From Paraspadella gotoi (taxonomy: Eukaryota > Animalia > Chaetognatha), in assembly GCA_051294375.1 (NCBI GenBank), contig CM119267.1, positions 22,879,486 to 22,943,485 of the forward strand: a stretch of 64,000 nt of DNA, read 5' to 3'. Numbering within the stretch: the first letter of the stretch is position 1; every line of letters begins with the position of its first letter. Made by a program: the position numbers and the translations under genes. The notes under the pieces are model-generated. The model was not told the DNA's origin. It searched no databases and saw only the letters and a list, made by a program, of their open reading frames with translations. This document shows positions 1 to 14,749 of this stretch, piece after piece.

Positions 1-294
1 GCGAGTGGAAATGAGGCTTTAAATGGAAAAAACAAAAGTCATATTTACCTGTGAAGATATTTTACTTAATTCTACTCATAATTATTTATGTTTAGTTAAA
101 AATTGGATAGATAATTCGAAATGGAATTTTGTGTGTGGTAGAAATATGTGATAAAGCTGGATATAAATTTTTTTTGACGGAATCTTAGGAGTGGAAAGAG
201 TTCAAATTAAAACCAAAAGACACATTTATGTTGAATTTTTTTTAAAGTTTCTCTCTCCTATCTCTCTCTGATTGATGATTGATTGATTGATTGC

Positions 295-610
295 TTGACC
301 AAATATATGCCAATGAACAAAAATCTGCCAGTTGACCAAATTTTAACAGCTTGACCAAATTATGCCGTTGACGCAAATTCTTGCTGAGTTGATGTCAAGT
401 TTGCCAACGTTGACAAATTTGCCTGTTGACGCAAATTTGCCTGTTGACCAAATCATGCAGTTGACAATTATGCCAATTTGACCAATTATGCTAGTTGACC
501 AGAATTAGGCCAGTTGCATAAAATTATGCAGTTGACCATTATGCTGTTGACCAAATTATCGTAATTGATCAAATTAGTCAGTTGAACCAAATTAGTCGTA
601 GACCAATTAT
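295..610. repeat. ~21-bp degenerate minisatellite (GTTGACCAAATTATGCCA core)
   Basis: About 15 recurrences of TTGACCAAAT/GTTGAC. Confidence 0.8.
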
Positions 611-655
611 GTCTTAAATCTCTCTCTTTANNNNNNNNNNNNNNNNNNNNNNNNN

Positions 656-694
<39 letters not shown>

Positions 695-731
695 AAGAGA
701 GAGAAGAGAGAGAGACCTGAGAGCAGACGAG

Positions 732-771
<40 letters not shown>

Positions 772-783
772 AGACATAAAATA

Positions 784-3017
<2,234 letters not shown>

Positions 3018-3631
3018 TGTAGAGGATATTTGTTGTTTTTTTGATAAATGTAAACAAACATTATAAACTGTCCTGACTACATTTTAAGGAAACATCTGGA
3101 GATGACAAGCTGAATAAAATTATAATTAATCTATTAATTAATTAATTATTAATCTAATTAATTAATTAATTAATCTTTAATTAATTAATTAATCCAATTA
3201 ATTAAAATAATTTATCGTAGGCAGATCCGACATTGTTTGCTCAAACTTGTTTTTTATTGCGTTCTTATATTTCTCTTTTTTTTTCTTCTTTATTTTCTCT
3301 TTCTTTTTTTTTTTTCTTTTTACATTTGACTTTATCTGTTATTATTAGCAAAAAGAAAAAGAAGAGAGATATAAAAAAAACTCTTCTTTTTCCTCTTCCT
3401 ATATTTTTCTCTTCCATCATAACTCTTGATTCAGTTCTCAATCTTCCTTCTTTCTCTCCCTCTCTCCCCTTCCTCCTCCTCTCTCTCTCTCTCTCTCTCT
3501 CTCTCCTCCATCTCAGCTCACTCGCTCATCTCTCCTCTCTCCCCTTGTCCGTTAGTCACGGACGCTTGACTTTTTTTACTCGTCCAAATCCGGATTTTTT
3601 AGGCTTCCGCTAAAAGGCCAATATTGCCTCC

Positions 3632-3697
<66 letters not shown>

Positions 3698-4022
3698 CTC
3701 CTCTCTCCTCTCTCTCTCTCCCCTCCCCTCTCGCTCTCTCTCTCTCTCTGTGGTCTATCGTTCTTAGTTCGTTACAAAACGTACCCTCGGTTGTATCCTG
3801 AAACATCTTTCCCATCCAAAAGTCTACTTTTCGAAAAATAAAATTTGGATTAGCATAAACAACGCGGACACGACGACGACGACGACGACGACGACGGACC
3901 GGACGACGACGACGAATTTCCAAATCCGCGGTGAAAATACAAATCCGAAATCCCGAAATTACGACGAGACGTTCGACGAAATTCTGCTACAAAACCCTGC
4001 CTGAGGCAAAGAAAGGTGATTC

Positions 4023-4095
<73 letters not shown>

Positions 4096-5029
4096 GAGTT
4101 GTGTTTTCTTATACAAAGTCTCCCGTGGACAAACTTTTCTATCCAGGGCGAGTTTCTCTCTCTAACTAGCAAAGATTTCATCCCCGCGCGCGTATATCGT
4201 ATTATCTTTAACATTTCTTTTATTATTATATTTTCTATTAATTTACTATCTTTTTCTTTCTTTTTTTCTTAATTCATTTCATTACTATCATACTCGTTCA
4301 TCTTATTTTAGGCCTTTTTACTGATTCATGCTTCATTTAACTGCGGCTCCTTTAAGGTTCCTTCCTAGTCCTTACTGCCAGGGACCAGTGCGTCTATATG
4401 TTGATTAAACTCGATACGTCCATTGATGAAGTTCATTTTCCTCTTTCCTTTCTTTCCTTTCTCGCAATCTTGGAATCTCTGATTACCGGCTTCCTCCGTC
4501 ATAGACTACAGACGGGGACGACTTCCGCAAAAAAATCTGACTCAAAAAAAAAAAAAAAGAAAATTCACTTTTAATTTGCACCCGTAAATTCTTAAAGCCC
4601 CACTCGAATCTCCTCCCCATAAAAATCACTTCCCCTCTTTTCGCTTACCCTCCCACTCCTCGTCTTTCCAATCTTTCATTTCGCTTTTCAACTTACCTTT
4701 TTTTTGCGCTCGGTCGATTCCTAACTCATCTTTTAAATCCTTTAAAACTTACCCGAACTCACCCCCAACCTCTTTTTCTTTTCTTCGAGAATTTCGTCGT
4801 TTAAAAAAAAGGGAAGGAAAGTCAATTCGTCATTTTAAATTTGCGGCGGAGGCAGCATGGGGGGTGGAAGAGGGAAATAGAGAGGAGAAGAGGAAAAAGG
4901 CAAAAGATAGGTCGAGGAAAAAAAGAGAGGTGAAGATAAAAGAGAGTTTAACAGAAAAAGGGTGAGTAAAGATACAATATAAAAGTGGAGATGAGAAATG
5001 AAAGAAGGAAAGTGAAATAAAAAGAGAGT

Positions 5030-5360
5030 TACGATGAAAAGATAAGTGAAATGAAAAGATAAGTGAAATGAAAAGATAGATGAAATGAAAAGATAGGTGA
5101 AATGAAAGGATAGGTGAAATGAAAAGATAGGTGAAAGGAAAAAGAGAGAATAAAATGAAAAGAGAGGTAAACCGAAAAGAGAGAATAAAATTAAAAGAGA
5201 GGAGAAATGAAAGAGAGGTTAACCAAAAAGAGAGGATAGAATGAAAAGAGAGGAGAAATGAAAGAGAGGTGAAACGAAAAAACAGAATAAAATGAAGAAA
5301 AAGGAGGAATGAAGGAAGAGATAAAATGAAGAGAAGGCGAAAATGAAAAAGAGAGGTGAA
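5030..5360. repeat. ~17-bp purine minisatellite (GAAATGAAAAGATAGGT)
   Basis: Tandem units are visible. Confidence 0.8.
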
Positions 5361-7364
5361 TTTTTAAAAATAAGGGGGATAGGAGGGAGGAAGAAGGAAG
5401 GGAGGAGGAGGAGGAGAATGCGCGAAAAAAGGGCCCCATTAATGGCTTTCTCTTTCTTTTTTTTTTTTTTTTAAGGTAAAGTGGAGTTGGAAGAGAAGGG
5501 GAGATGAGAGAGAGGGAGAGGGAGAAGAGAGGAGGGGAGAGAGAGAGAGGAGAGACGAGAAGAGAGAGGAGAGAGAGAGAGAGCCTCGGGGTCAAGGGAG
5601 CGGAAGGGGATGCGTCCGCGGAAGTGGCTGGAGAAGTAGCCTTGGGGTCGAAAAGTTTTAAAAAAAAGGAAAAAGTGTCATCAGCGAGTATCGGGGAAAC
5701 GGGGGTACTCTGGGCCAGGAAGGGCAGAGTTTCAAAAAATGGGATTGAAGGCGGGAAGAAGGGTGAAGGACAAAAAGTGTTAGCGGCGATCAGATGATGG
5801 GAAAAGGGAAAGGTTTCGTGGCAGAGGGGAAATTGTTTGGAAAAAAAAGGGTCAGCAATTAAGAATTTTTCAGAGCTCCTGCAAGAGAAGCGTGGCAAAT
5901 GTGGTAATAAGATGAACAAGATTGGAGACAAGAGCGGGTGCAAGCCCACCGATCTTAGGAGTTGCTCGAGGGTAGTTCAGGTGCAAGACGTTTTTGCCTT
6001 AGGTGCGGAGAAGTGAAGAAAGGCTTTTCAGGTGCTTAAGAGGATAGGTGTCATGGGGAAGAGACAGTGCCAATGTGAGGGACGCACGAGATTTGCAAGG
6101 TGCAAGACGGTGCCTGAGGCCAATATTCTAGGCACGGAACTAGGAGGTAAGGAGAATGAGTGAGGAGAAAAGGAGGTTTTTATTTTTAAAAATTTTAAAT
6201 TGACCGCCGACCAGTGGAGTTGAAGGAGGTCAATTGGCGTGGAGGACTCTCGCCCTTTTGGGACTCGAGGAAAAAAAACACATTTTCGGAGGAAAGAAAA
6301 TAAAAGAAATTGAGAGAAAAAAGAAAAGAAGAGAGAAATAAGTTAGAAATTTCCCTTAATTAGAAAGAACGGTTAAAAAAAAGGAATGGAATTTTACGGA
6401 TTTATTGATAATAAGTAATTTTATTATTTATGTTTTGTTTGGAAATGATATTTTGGGTATTTTTGACTTTTTTTCAATATTTACGGTAATTCTCAAAGGA
6501 ACGATTTATTTTTGGCAATGAACCAGAATGACAAAACCAATTTCAAAAAAATTTAGATCGAGCCATTTTCTTTGTAAATTCGAAGGAACAAAAAAAATTC
6601 TTTTCTGCACCTCCCTTTTATTTCTCGATCCCCAATTTTCTGACGGAACTGAGTATAAAAACCTCTTCCAACAATATTTCCCCTGGCCACTCAGATATCG
6701 ATTTCGCCTTCAACTCTTTTAAACTGGGAAGTGGGAGGAAAGAAACAATAAGGATTTTTACGTTCCGGAAAGTATTTGCTCTTTTTTATTTTCCGTTCGT
6801 GAATCGGAGGTTAACGACTTAATAACAGTAGCATAAACGTGATTAACGTTTGGAGAGAAATAATTCGTAATGAGGGAAGTAAGTGAGATTCGAGGGAAAA
6901 TTTTTAACGATTTTCGCATTCGGTTAAAATACGAAAGAATAAAACGCCTTGAAATGACGTAAAAATATTTTAAAAACAAGCCCAAATTTACATAATCACA
7001 TGTAAAATGACAAATTTTACTGAAATTATGAAATGTGTAAACAAAAACAAATAAACAAAGGGACTTAACATGAAGCCAATCGGTCGGGCAGCGATGAAAG
7101 GTGTCCACCTCTCCAACCCATCCGTTTATTTCTCCGTTTCTTTCTTCTCTCTCTTTCTTTTTTCTACCAATAACTCGATTGTTTTAAAACAACCGCCATT
7201 CGTAATTCTCTAATTCAAAATCTCTCACGATAATTTTCGGATAAAAAAGATATGTTTTTATATGTGTGTGTGGGCGATNNNNNNNNNNNNNNNNNNNNNN
7301 NNNACGACGGTGAATAATTCACGAACAAAAGTTTCGATTCGTTGATTCGCCGAAGTCGAGACAC

Positions 7365-8185
7365 GCAACCGCGTCACGTAACCGCGTCACGTATCGGCGT
7401 CAAGGAAACGCTTCAAGGATCCGCGTAATGTAAAAGCGTCATAACATCGCGTCAAAAGATAGCGTTTAAAATATATGTCATATATTCAAGGAACTTTTGA
7501 TTACTTCACAAAACTGCGTCGCTAAAATATCTGCAATTGACTTCGTCACAAAAACCGCGTCTCGAACAATGTCACAAATAAGTAAGTCCAAACTTGCGTC
7601 AAATAACTTTGCGTTTCACACTACCCCTGTCCAACTCTTTGTCAGAAATCAAAGTCACGTGACCGTGAAAAAGTCCGCGTGACTTCGACGTCGTGACAAA
7701 ACGTGAAACGCGCGCGGGTAGAGAGGAAACGTGAGTGAAATCACTTTCTTTCTTCGAGAAGTGAGAGAGAGAGAGCGTGCGTACAATGAGTTTCTATTGT
7801 CAAGCACAATGAGAGGTCGTCTGCTTACAATGAGGGCGTCGTTTGAAGGCGTCACGACCGAATTGGCTTCGAGGAACATTCGAGACGGGCCTCTCAGATT
7901 GGCCTCTGCGCCATGTCGCATTTCAAATGGGCCACATTAAGTTTCCTGTGCGTCACAATGTGTTTCCTCTGCGCCAATATGATATTTTTTCTTTTCTTCA
8001 CAACTGGCCTCTGCACCACGAATTGCATCGTCAATAATCACTTCCTGCACGCAATGTGGCCTTTCCTATGCGCCACAAATTATTTTCTATGCGCCACAAT
8101 GACATTCCCTCCTTTTCTCCTCGACTTGTCTACGCGCCACAAATATCTTCCTGCACGACACGTCGCGTTTTCTCTGCGTCAATTC
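7365..8185. repeat. Degenerate short-period repeats (CGCGTCA cluster 7365-7620; TGCGCCACAA cluster 7900-8185), probably the interior of a non-autonomous element
   Basis: Recurrent cores at roughly 15-25 bp spacing. Confidence 0.55.
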
Positions 8186-9681
8186 GCCAGTCCGAAATCT
8201 TTGACAGAAAATCTTCGATTCGATGGAGCGAAAATAGAATACGACGACGACGATGACAACGACTACAAAGACGATGATGACGACGACGACGACGAAAACG
8301 ATGACGACGACCATGAATACGATGACAATTTCGCCAGGAAAGATGACAAGAAAAACAGCGACGACGATGATAATAGTAATAATTTGACGTTGAAAAGATC
8401 ATGACTTTAGGGAAAACAGAACGACGTTAAATTCCACAAATCGAAACGACGACGACGACGACGACGAAACAACTTTGAATGAGGGACGGCTGCCGTCGCA
8501 GCTCGAGCGGAAACGACGACGACGTCGACAACAACAACGACGACGATGATCATTGCATCGAAATCTTTTTCTTTCCCTTCTGTTTTCAGTTTCTGCGATA
8601 AATGGACGTTCTTTTTTTTTTTCAAAATAAAAAAAAAACAAACAAAGAAGTTTTTTGATAGACGATAATCGTTTCTGGCCACATAATTATCTCGACAGGA
8701 AAACGACAACAAATCGACAGTTTAAAAAAAAAAGAGAGAGAAAAAAAAAGAAAAAGATCAACAACCTTTAACTTTAAGTTCGAAATTCTATCGAGACGCT
8801 CTGTTGCCTGCTTGGGATTTTACGCCTGGATTGAACTAAACAGTTTTAACCGCCAACGACCTCTGTTGACCGTGCTAATCATAACTTCTTTAACCGCCTC
8901 TAGCAGCCATTTTACTGGTCTTTGGGGTTTTCCAGGACCCAAAATGGTTTTACGGCCGTCCTCACTCTTCCCGCTGGATAGGTACCTTTAGGGATTGATC
9001 CCGGTAGTTTCCCGGAACCCGATGGTCATGAGCTGATCACTTTTCTATGAGCCACCGAGTCACAATTGAAAGAGTCGTGTTTATAGACAGGGTGAACTCA
9101 ACGCCCGAGGACACTTGGACCACTTTCGCCACCCAAGTTTCTGCCACTCCATTCTACACTTCACCCCCTTTGTCAATCCCCTCTAGGTCACGTCGACCCC
9201 ACCCCAGCCCCGCCCCAGCCCCACCTTTCCCCCTCGCGTCTCCCTCCGCAGATTCGAATCGAAATGGCGGCCACAAATCTTAGCTCAAAATAGAATCGGG
9301 TCTCGGTGAAGTGGATTTGTGAACCGGCTTTAGTCAAAATGTTTTATAAAAATAAAATAGCTTTGTGAAACATGCGTTTCAACGNNNNNNNNNNAGCACA
9401 GTTTAAAAATAAAATTAAACTTAGTGAAGCAGCTTTGATAAGTAAATTGCTTTTTTTACGTACACACTACACAGTACACTGTTCCACATACATCAATCTT
9501 TGTTACTTTTTCTCTCCATGTCTCACTCTCGAACGAAAACTATGTAAATTCTTTTTTTTTTTACTTTTTTTTTTTGGCGAAAACATAGCATTATTGACAG
9601 ATATTCTGTTAAAGTTCTAAACAGTACACATGAAAATTTTCACCAACTATCACGTCTTTCAGTCTAAACCCATCCATATAA

Positions 9682-9908
9682 AGCCCAAATCAACATTCAA
9701 ACCACAGTTGAACCACAATCCACATTCAAACCACATTTGAACCACAATCCACATTCAAACCACATTTGAACCACAATCCACATTCAAACCACAGTTGAAC
9801 CACAATCCACATTCAAACCACAGTTGCACCACAATCCACATTCAAACCACAGTTGCACCACAATCCACATTCAAACCACAGTTGAACCACAATCCACATT
9901 CACCACAG
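9682..9908. repeat. 29-bp minisatellite (AACCACAATCCACATTCAAACCACAGTTG) x ~7.5
   Basis: Direct tandem units with no spacers. Confidence 0.92.
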
Positions 9909-10006
9909 TCGACTCTCCAAAACCGTCACCCGAAATCGCTTCACCGAAACTGCGGCCCATAATCGTAACGGGAAATCGTCGCCCCCAAATGTGAACCCGA
10001 AGGATA

Positions 10007-10065
<59 letters not shown>

Positions 10066-10864
10066 ATTTGCATTCGATAGAGGACGATGACAACAACAAC
10101 AACAACGACAATTGCATATTTCGGTGTGACTTCTACTTTACTTGGTCGTAGTTGTCTTTTTTGACGTCGTCCTTCGAAAACAGGAATAATCTACTGCCAT
10201 CACCCAAGTCGTCGTCGTCGTCGTGGTCGTCGTCGTCGGCGTCGTCGTCGTTCGAGTGAGCAGATATCGTAACTGTTCAATCATCTTCTTTCCCGCCAAA
10301 AAAGTTTTATATTTAGATTAAACGATAATTTTAATCATTGAGGTCCTCAACTTCTCTATCCTCTACTTAACCTTTCTCTTCTCGACCTATCTTTTCTTCT
10401 CTCTCTCTCTTTGGGTCACGGGTCACTTGTCAACGATGATGACGGATTCTCGATGTTCGACGCAAAGATGAAAAAAGAAAACCAAAAAAAAAAAAAAAAA
10501 AACAAAACAAAGAGAAAAAAAAAGAAAGCAAAAATTTTACTCGATCAAAATCGATCATCTATCGATCTTACTATCTTTCTGTCTTTCTGTCTTTCTATCA
10601 TTCTATCGATCTCAAGTCGATGACAAGCCTCGACCGATGGATAACCCAAGGGTGAGATTTATCTCTCAGTTGAATTTAATTTGTTTTGTTTTTTTTAAGT
10701 TATGCGCGGCGGGGATTATGTCGCGTCATTAGCATGTCATGATACGAATTGCCAATGCATAGTTTAAAAAAACCGGGATTCTGTTTTTTTGAATTTGGAA
10801 ATTGGTCGGGGAGTCGTGCTCGTGAATATGGATGAGAGAGAGAGAGGGAGAGATAGAGAGAGAG

Positions 10865-10915
<51 letters not shown>

Positions 10916-12122
10916 GTGGCACGCAATAACCATGACCAAATATTTATCACCCTCCTAATCGAATGCGGGAAAAGCTTCTTCCTTCATTATTTATTATACC
11001 AATACAATTAAAAGAGAGGAGAAGAGAAGAGAAGAGAAGAGAAGAGAAGAGAAGAGAAGAGAAGAGAGGACAAATTATAAGAGAAGAATAGAGAAAAAAA
11101 TGAATCCAGTAAAAATTAAAAGAAAAAAAATCGAAAATGAAGATACATAATGGAGAGTAGAGAAGAAAAAACAAATTATAAGAGAATAAAAGAGAAAAGA
11201 AAAGAAAAGAAGACAAATAGAAGAAAGAGACAAAAAAACAAAAACAAAGAAGAGAACAGAATAAAAACCGGATAGAAGAGAAAAATTGACAAAAAGAGAA
11301 GTAAAGAAAAAAGAAAAGTGACACTTCCTCTCTTTCCTCTCGCGACGAGATGAATTTCTTTTCCCCTTAAATTTCATCCCTTCGAAGATCACGGGATGAG
11401 ATAACCGCGACGTGATTGATGGTCGTCGTCGTCGTCGTTTTCGTCGTCGGTGCTGCCCAACTCGTTCGTGGATTATTGATGAGTGACGCCGGTTTCCGGC
11501 GAGGCCTGGAATTCCGCTGGAGAGAAGGACGAGAGAGAGCGTGAGTCATCCGCCACGTCGCGAGCGGTGGATCTCACGCTCTCTGACTCTTGTCTCTCTC
11601 TCTCTCTCTCTCTCTCCCTCTCTCTCTCTCATAATTCCTCCTGTCAAAGAGTTGCTCTTTATTGGTTTCTCTCTGTTGGTTTTTCTCCTTTTCCGTCTCT
11701 GTCTTTTTTCCGAAGTCTCTTTCATCCATTAAGTCTTTTTGAATCATTACGTTTACTAAATATTTAGAATTTATTTGTCACAGAAGAAATTTTAAAAAAT
11801 AAACACAAGTTTTAAATTAAGGATTCCATCAAAATTTTCATGAAAAAAAATAAGGTGCAGGGTATGTTTTTTGTTAAACCTTATTTCCACATTTTGTACA
11901 ATGCACATATACTATATTAAAATTAATCAAAACTGGAATAACAGGATGTAACGAAAGTATTTACCTTTAAAGCTTTAACATCTGTAAAAACAGTATTGAA
12001 GAAAACTTTCTTCAAAGAATAAAGGGAGTGGTCTTTTCATACAATTGAAACATTCTTTGAAATATTTTCCACTTCATTGATAGGGAAGCCAGGTACTCTG
12101 GGAGTGAATAAACGAGACTGTG

Positions 12123-12260
12123 AGAGAGTCTTGATTGAAAGCTTGCAGGGACCTGCTATGTCATTATCTTGTAAGAGTGATGGAGGCCTTAAACCACCAA
12201 AGCCTGTCCAAAGTCAGGGGCAAGATAGCTTATTTATTAAATGAATGGATAATTTTTATA
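12123..12260 (+). repeat. Dispersed repeat (SINE/LINE-tail-like), also at ~20508-20656 (and its mirror ~36505-36650), partial at ~32720/24690
   Basis: ATTGAAAGCTTGCAG..GACCTGCTATG..ATCTTGTAAGAGTGATGGAGGCC..TGTCCAAAG..CAGGGGCA(A)GATAGCTTATT recurs. Confidence 0.75.
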
Positions 12261-12326
12261 TTGGTTGTACCAATTTCATTGACAATTATATACAACGATG
12301 ACGACCCCCCCCCCTCTTCATCGTCT

Positions 12327-13050
12327 TCAACATCCGTCGTATCCTCGATTGGTGACCTCCATCGATTCTCCCATTGCCTTCGCTTTGCGAGGTTTGCGGC
12401 AACAGCAATACCAGAGGACACCGATGACGATGACGACGACGACGACGACGACAACGATGGGAACCACGATTTTAATGATATCATCATCGTCCTACGGGGA
12501 GAAGGAAAGGGAAACCGGAATTAGGATATCGGGAAAAAAAAGGCCTTGTTTTTCAAAGGCGCCCCATTTCAGATTAAATTAATAATTCAGTTTTTAAGTT
12601 TAAAGTTTGAGTTAAGGATTTGGGATAGGGGATTAGGTTAGGATTTGGTTTATGTTTTGGTTAAGGATTAAGGTTAAGAATAATAGTTTAGTGTTAGGAA
12701 ATAAGATTAAGCATTAAGATTAAGGTTTAAGGATTAAAATTTGGTATTAGATTAGAAATTTTTAGATAAAGAAGTATTAACAACAGAATTGGGGCGCTTT
12801 CAGAAAATAGCGCCGAAAAAAACCATGTAAATACATTAAATATCAATGAATTACTAAATATTCCCCCTACCGTGACGCAATGCTCGCACATTCTGTAGAA
12901 CTGAACATTCTGCAACGAGGCCGCGCTCCAGGCTTGGGGATCGCTCGACGTGAAGGAGTGAACTCTGATGCCGTAGCAGTTGTAAAGATCGCGTTTCGAG
13001 GCAGGACCATCCAACTTCTTAACTCATTCTTTAAGAGAGAGAGAGAGAGA

Positions 13051-13105
<55 letters not shown>

Positions 13106-14001
13106 TATAAGTTTACGATGCATAACTTTTCGTTACAAACCGTGACAAACCAGTTTTTGCCTCGAGTTATTCTACATAATCATTAAAAACGTAGATTTAA
13201 AAAAAAAATCTGTAATGATATTTATGAATATGAATCTCAGACTTAGATTCATTTCCTTCCTTCTTGCCTGAATCTCCGTGAATCCAGTCTTGAGCTTAAT
13301 CGTCAGCGGCGTCCACTGGATGTTGGTCTCGCCGACGGAGCAGTTGGCGGCGACCAACTCGAACTCGTCCGTGTTCGTGTCCGCGTAGTTGACGCCGCTG
13401 TTGAAGGAGAACATGGCGACGCGGTGCGGCTCCGGAAAGCTATACCAGACTGACTGCGGCATCGGCAGACCATTCGCGCTCCACCACGCGTCGTGCTGCG
13501 TTGCCTTCTCGGGCAAGAACGCCCGGTGTGGCCCGTACTCGGCCATGTCGTCCCAGACGGAGGTGGCGTTGGCTTTGCCGCCCTCTGTCGGGATTTTGAC
13601 GAACACTTCCTCGTCGTCGCAGACTGAAAGATAAAAGTAAACAAAAGAACGTTGAACGTTTTTTTGTTGAAAAACGAAAAACTACGGAGGAGATGGAGAT
13701 GGCGCTGACGATTCCACTCAATTTATTTTTATTTAAAATAAGAATGATTTTTTTTTAATTTAAAATACAATATGCGCAAATATTTTTTTGTATTTTGGAA
13801 CTGCGAAGAAAAAAATTGAGAGAAAATCTCTCCTGCCCAAATTTAACCATGTCCATATTTAACTTTCCTTATAATATAACATTATCGTAAACATTAAAAT
13901 ATATTTTTTGAAATTTTTTTTTTTTTCAGAAATTTGTTGAATATTTATTTACCTGCAGATGAGACTACTAAAACCAAAGTGATTAAACTTGCTATAAACA
14001 T
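12327..14001 (-). CDS. ~240-aa type I single-pass membrane protein with discoidin/F5-8 type C-like (galactose-binding-like) ectodomain
   Basis: Exon 14001-13953 encodes the signal peptide MFIASLITLVLVVSSA (GTAAAT donor). Exon 13623-13268 encodes VCDDEEVFVKIPTEGGKANATSVWDDMAEYGPHRAFLPE..DAWWSANGLPMPQSVWYSFPEPHRVAMFSF..EFELVAANC..WTPLTIKLKTGFTEIQ. Exon 13028-12871 encodes NELRSWMV/PASKRDLYNCYGIRVHSF..ASLQNVQFYRMCEHCVT and needs one 1-nt indel. Exon 12491-12327 encodes DDDDIIKIVVPIVVVVVVVVIVIGVLWYCCCRKPRKAKAMGESMEVTNRGYDGC*. The pattern AxS..YxPxxAF..W...PQxxWY.F...F.F...F....W...YxCYGIRV...L..VQFY fits the F5/8-like fold. Confidence 0.78.
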
Positions 14002-14671
14002 TTTCGTTCCTTTTTTTCGTTTTAGAAGCGATAGATGTAAATTGTTAATAAAAACCCGCAAATTTGTTTAAAATTCGTCTTTTTAACTTTTGACTTTTTC
14101 GTCTGTGAATTTGAGACAGTCACGTTTCTGTCCCGAGGATACTCGTTCCTCACGTGTACATCTTTTTTTTTCTCAACCGGTTTTTCCTGTCGAATAAGTT
14201 TTTAACTTTTGGTCGCGAATCGAAAATGCTAATTTGTTAAGAAGAAAATTTTTGGTCGGTTAGTCGGTTAGTATTTCATTAGTACAAAAAAAAACCATTT
14301 TAAAAAAGCATGTTACAACTTTGAAATTACAACAAGGTTTGTTTAAAAAAAATAAAGTTAAATTGTGCGACTTCGACGACTGTTCATTGTTCAACAAGAA
14401 AAAGATCGACTCGTTAATAAGTTTGTCAAAATGTTTTTAAAAACACCTGTTCTTTTTGAGATAAGTTTTACCCCTTTTCTTTTTTATCTGTATAAAATTT
14501 AATATAATTCTATTTGTTACGATTTATTTGAATTTAAAAATAACAAAATTATATATTTTTAATTATGAAATTTGTTTTGATAATTTTGTATATTTACTGT
14601 AGTTTTAATACTTTTATATACTGTAATCTTTACTTAATTTAGTAACCCTTTCTCTTTTCCTTTATTTACAG

Positions 14672-14749
14672 AAAACTTGCGAAAGAAAAGGAAACTTATC
14701 TTCATTATAACTTGAACGCCAACACACTTTCTTAAAAAATTTGTCGAAG
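14672..14749 (+). other. Candidate non-coding (5' UTR) exon of a + strand transcript divergent from the discoidin-like gene
   Basis: Strong acceptor CTTTTCCTTTATTTACAG and consensus donor AAG|GTAAGT; stops in all three frames. Confidence 0.4.

Noticed and set aside
7913-8404. 163-aa ORF with hydrophobic N-terminus and acidic tail
   Set aside because: It derives from degenerate TGCGCCACAA repeats plus a GAC microsatellite; no domain or splice support.
9682-9908. 29-bp repeats as CRISPR direct repeats
   Set aside because: No spacers; this is a plain minisatellite.
12600-12780. Interstitial telomeric repeat
   Set aside because: Only loose TTAAGG/TTAGG-like words, with no regular TTAGGG array.
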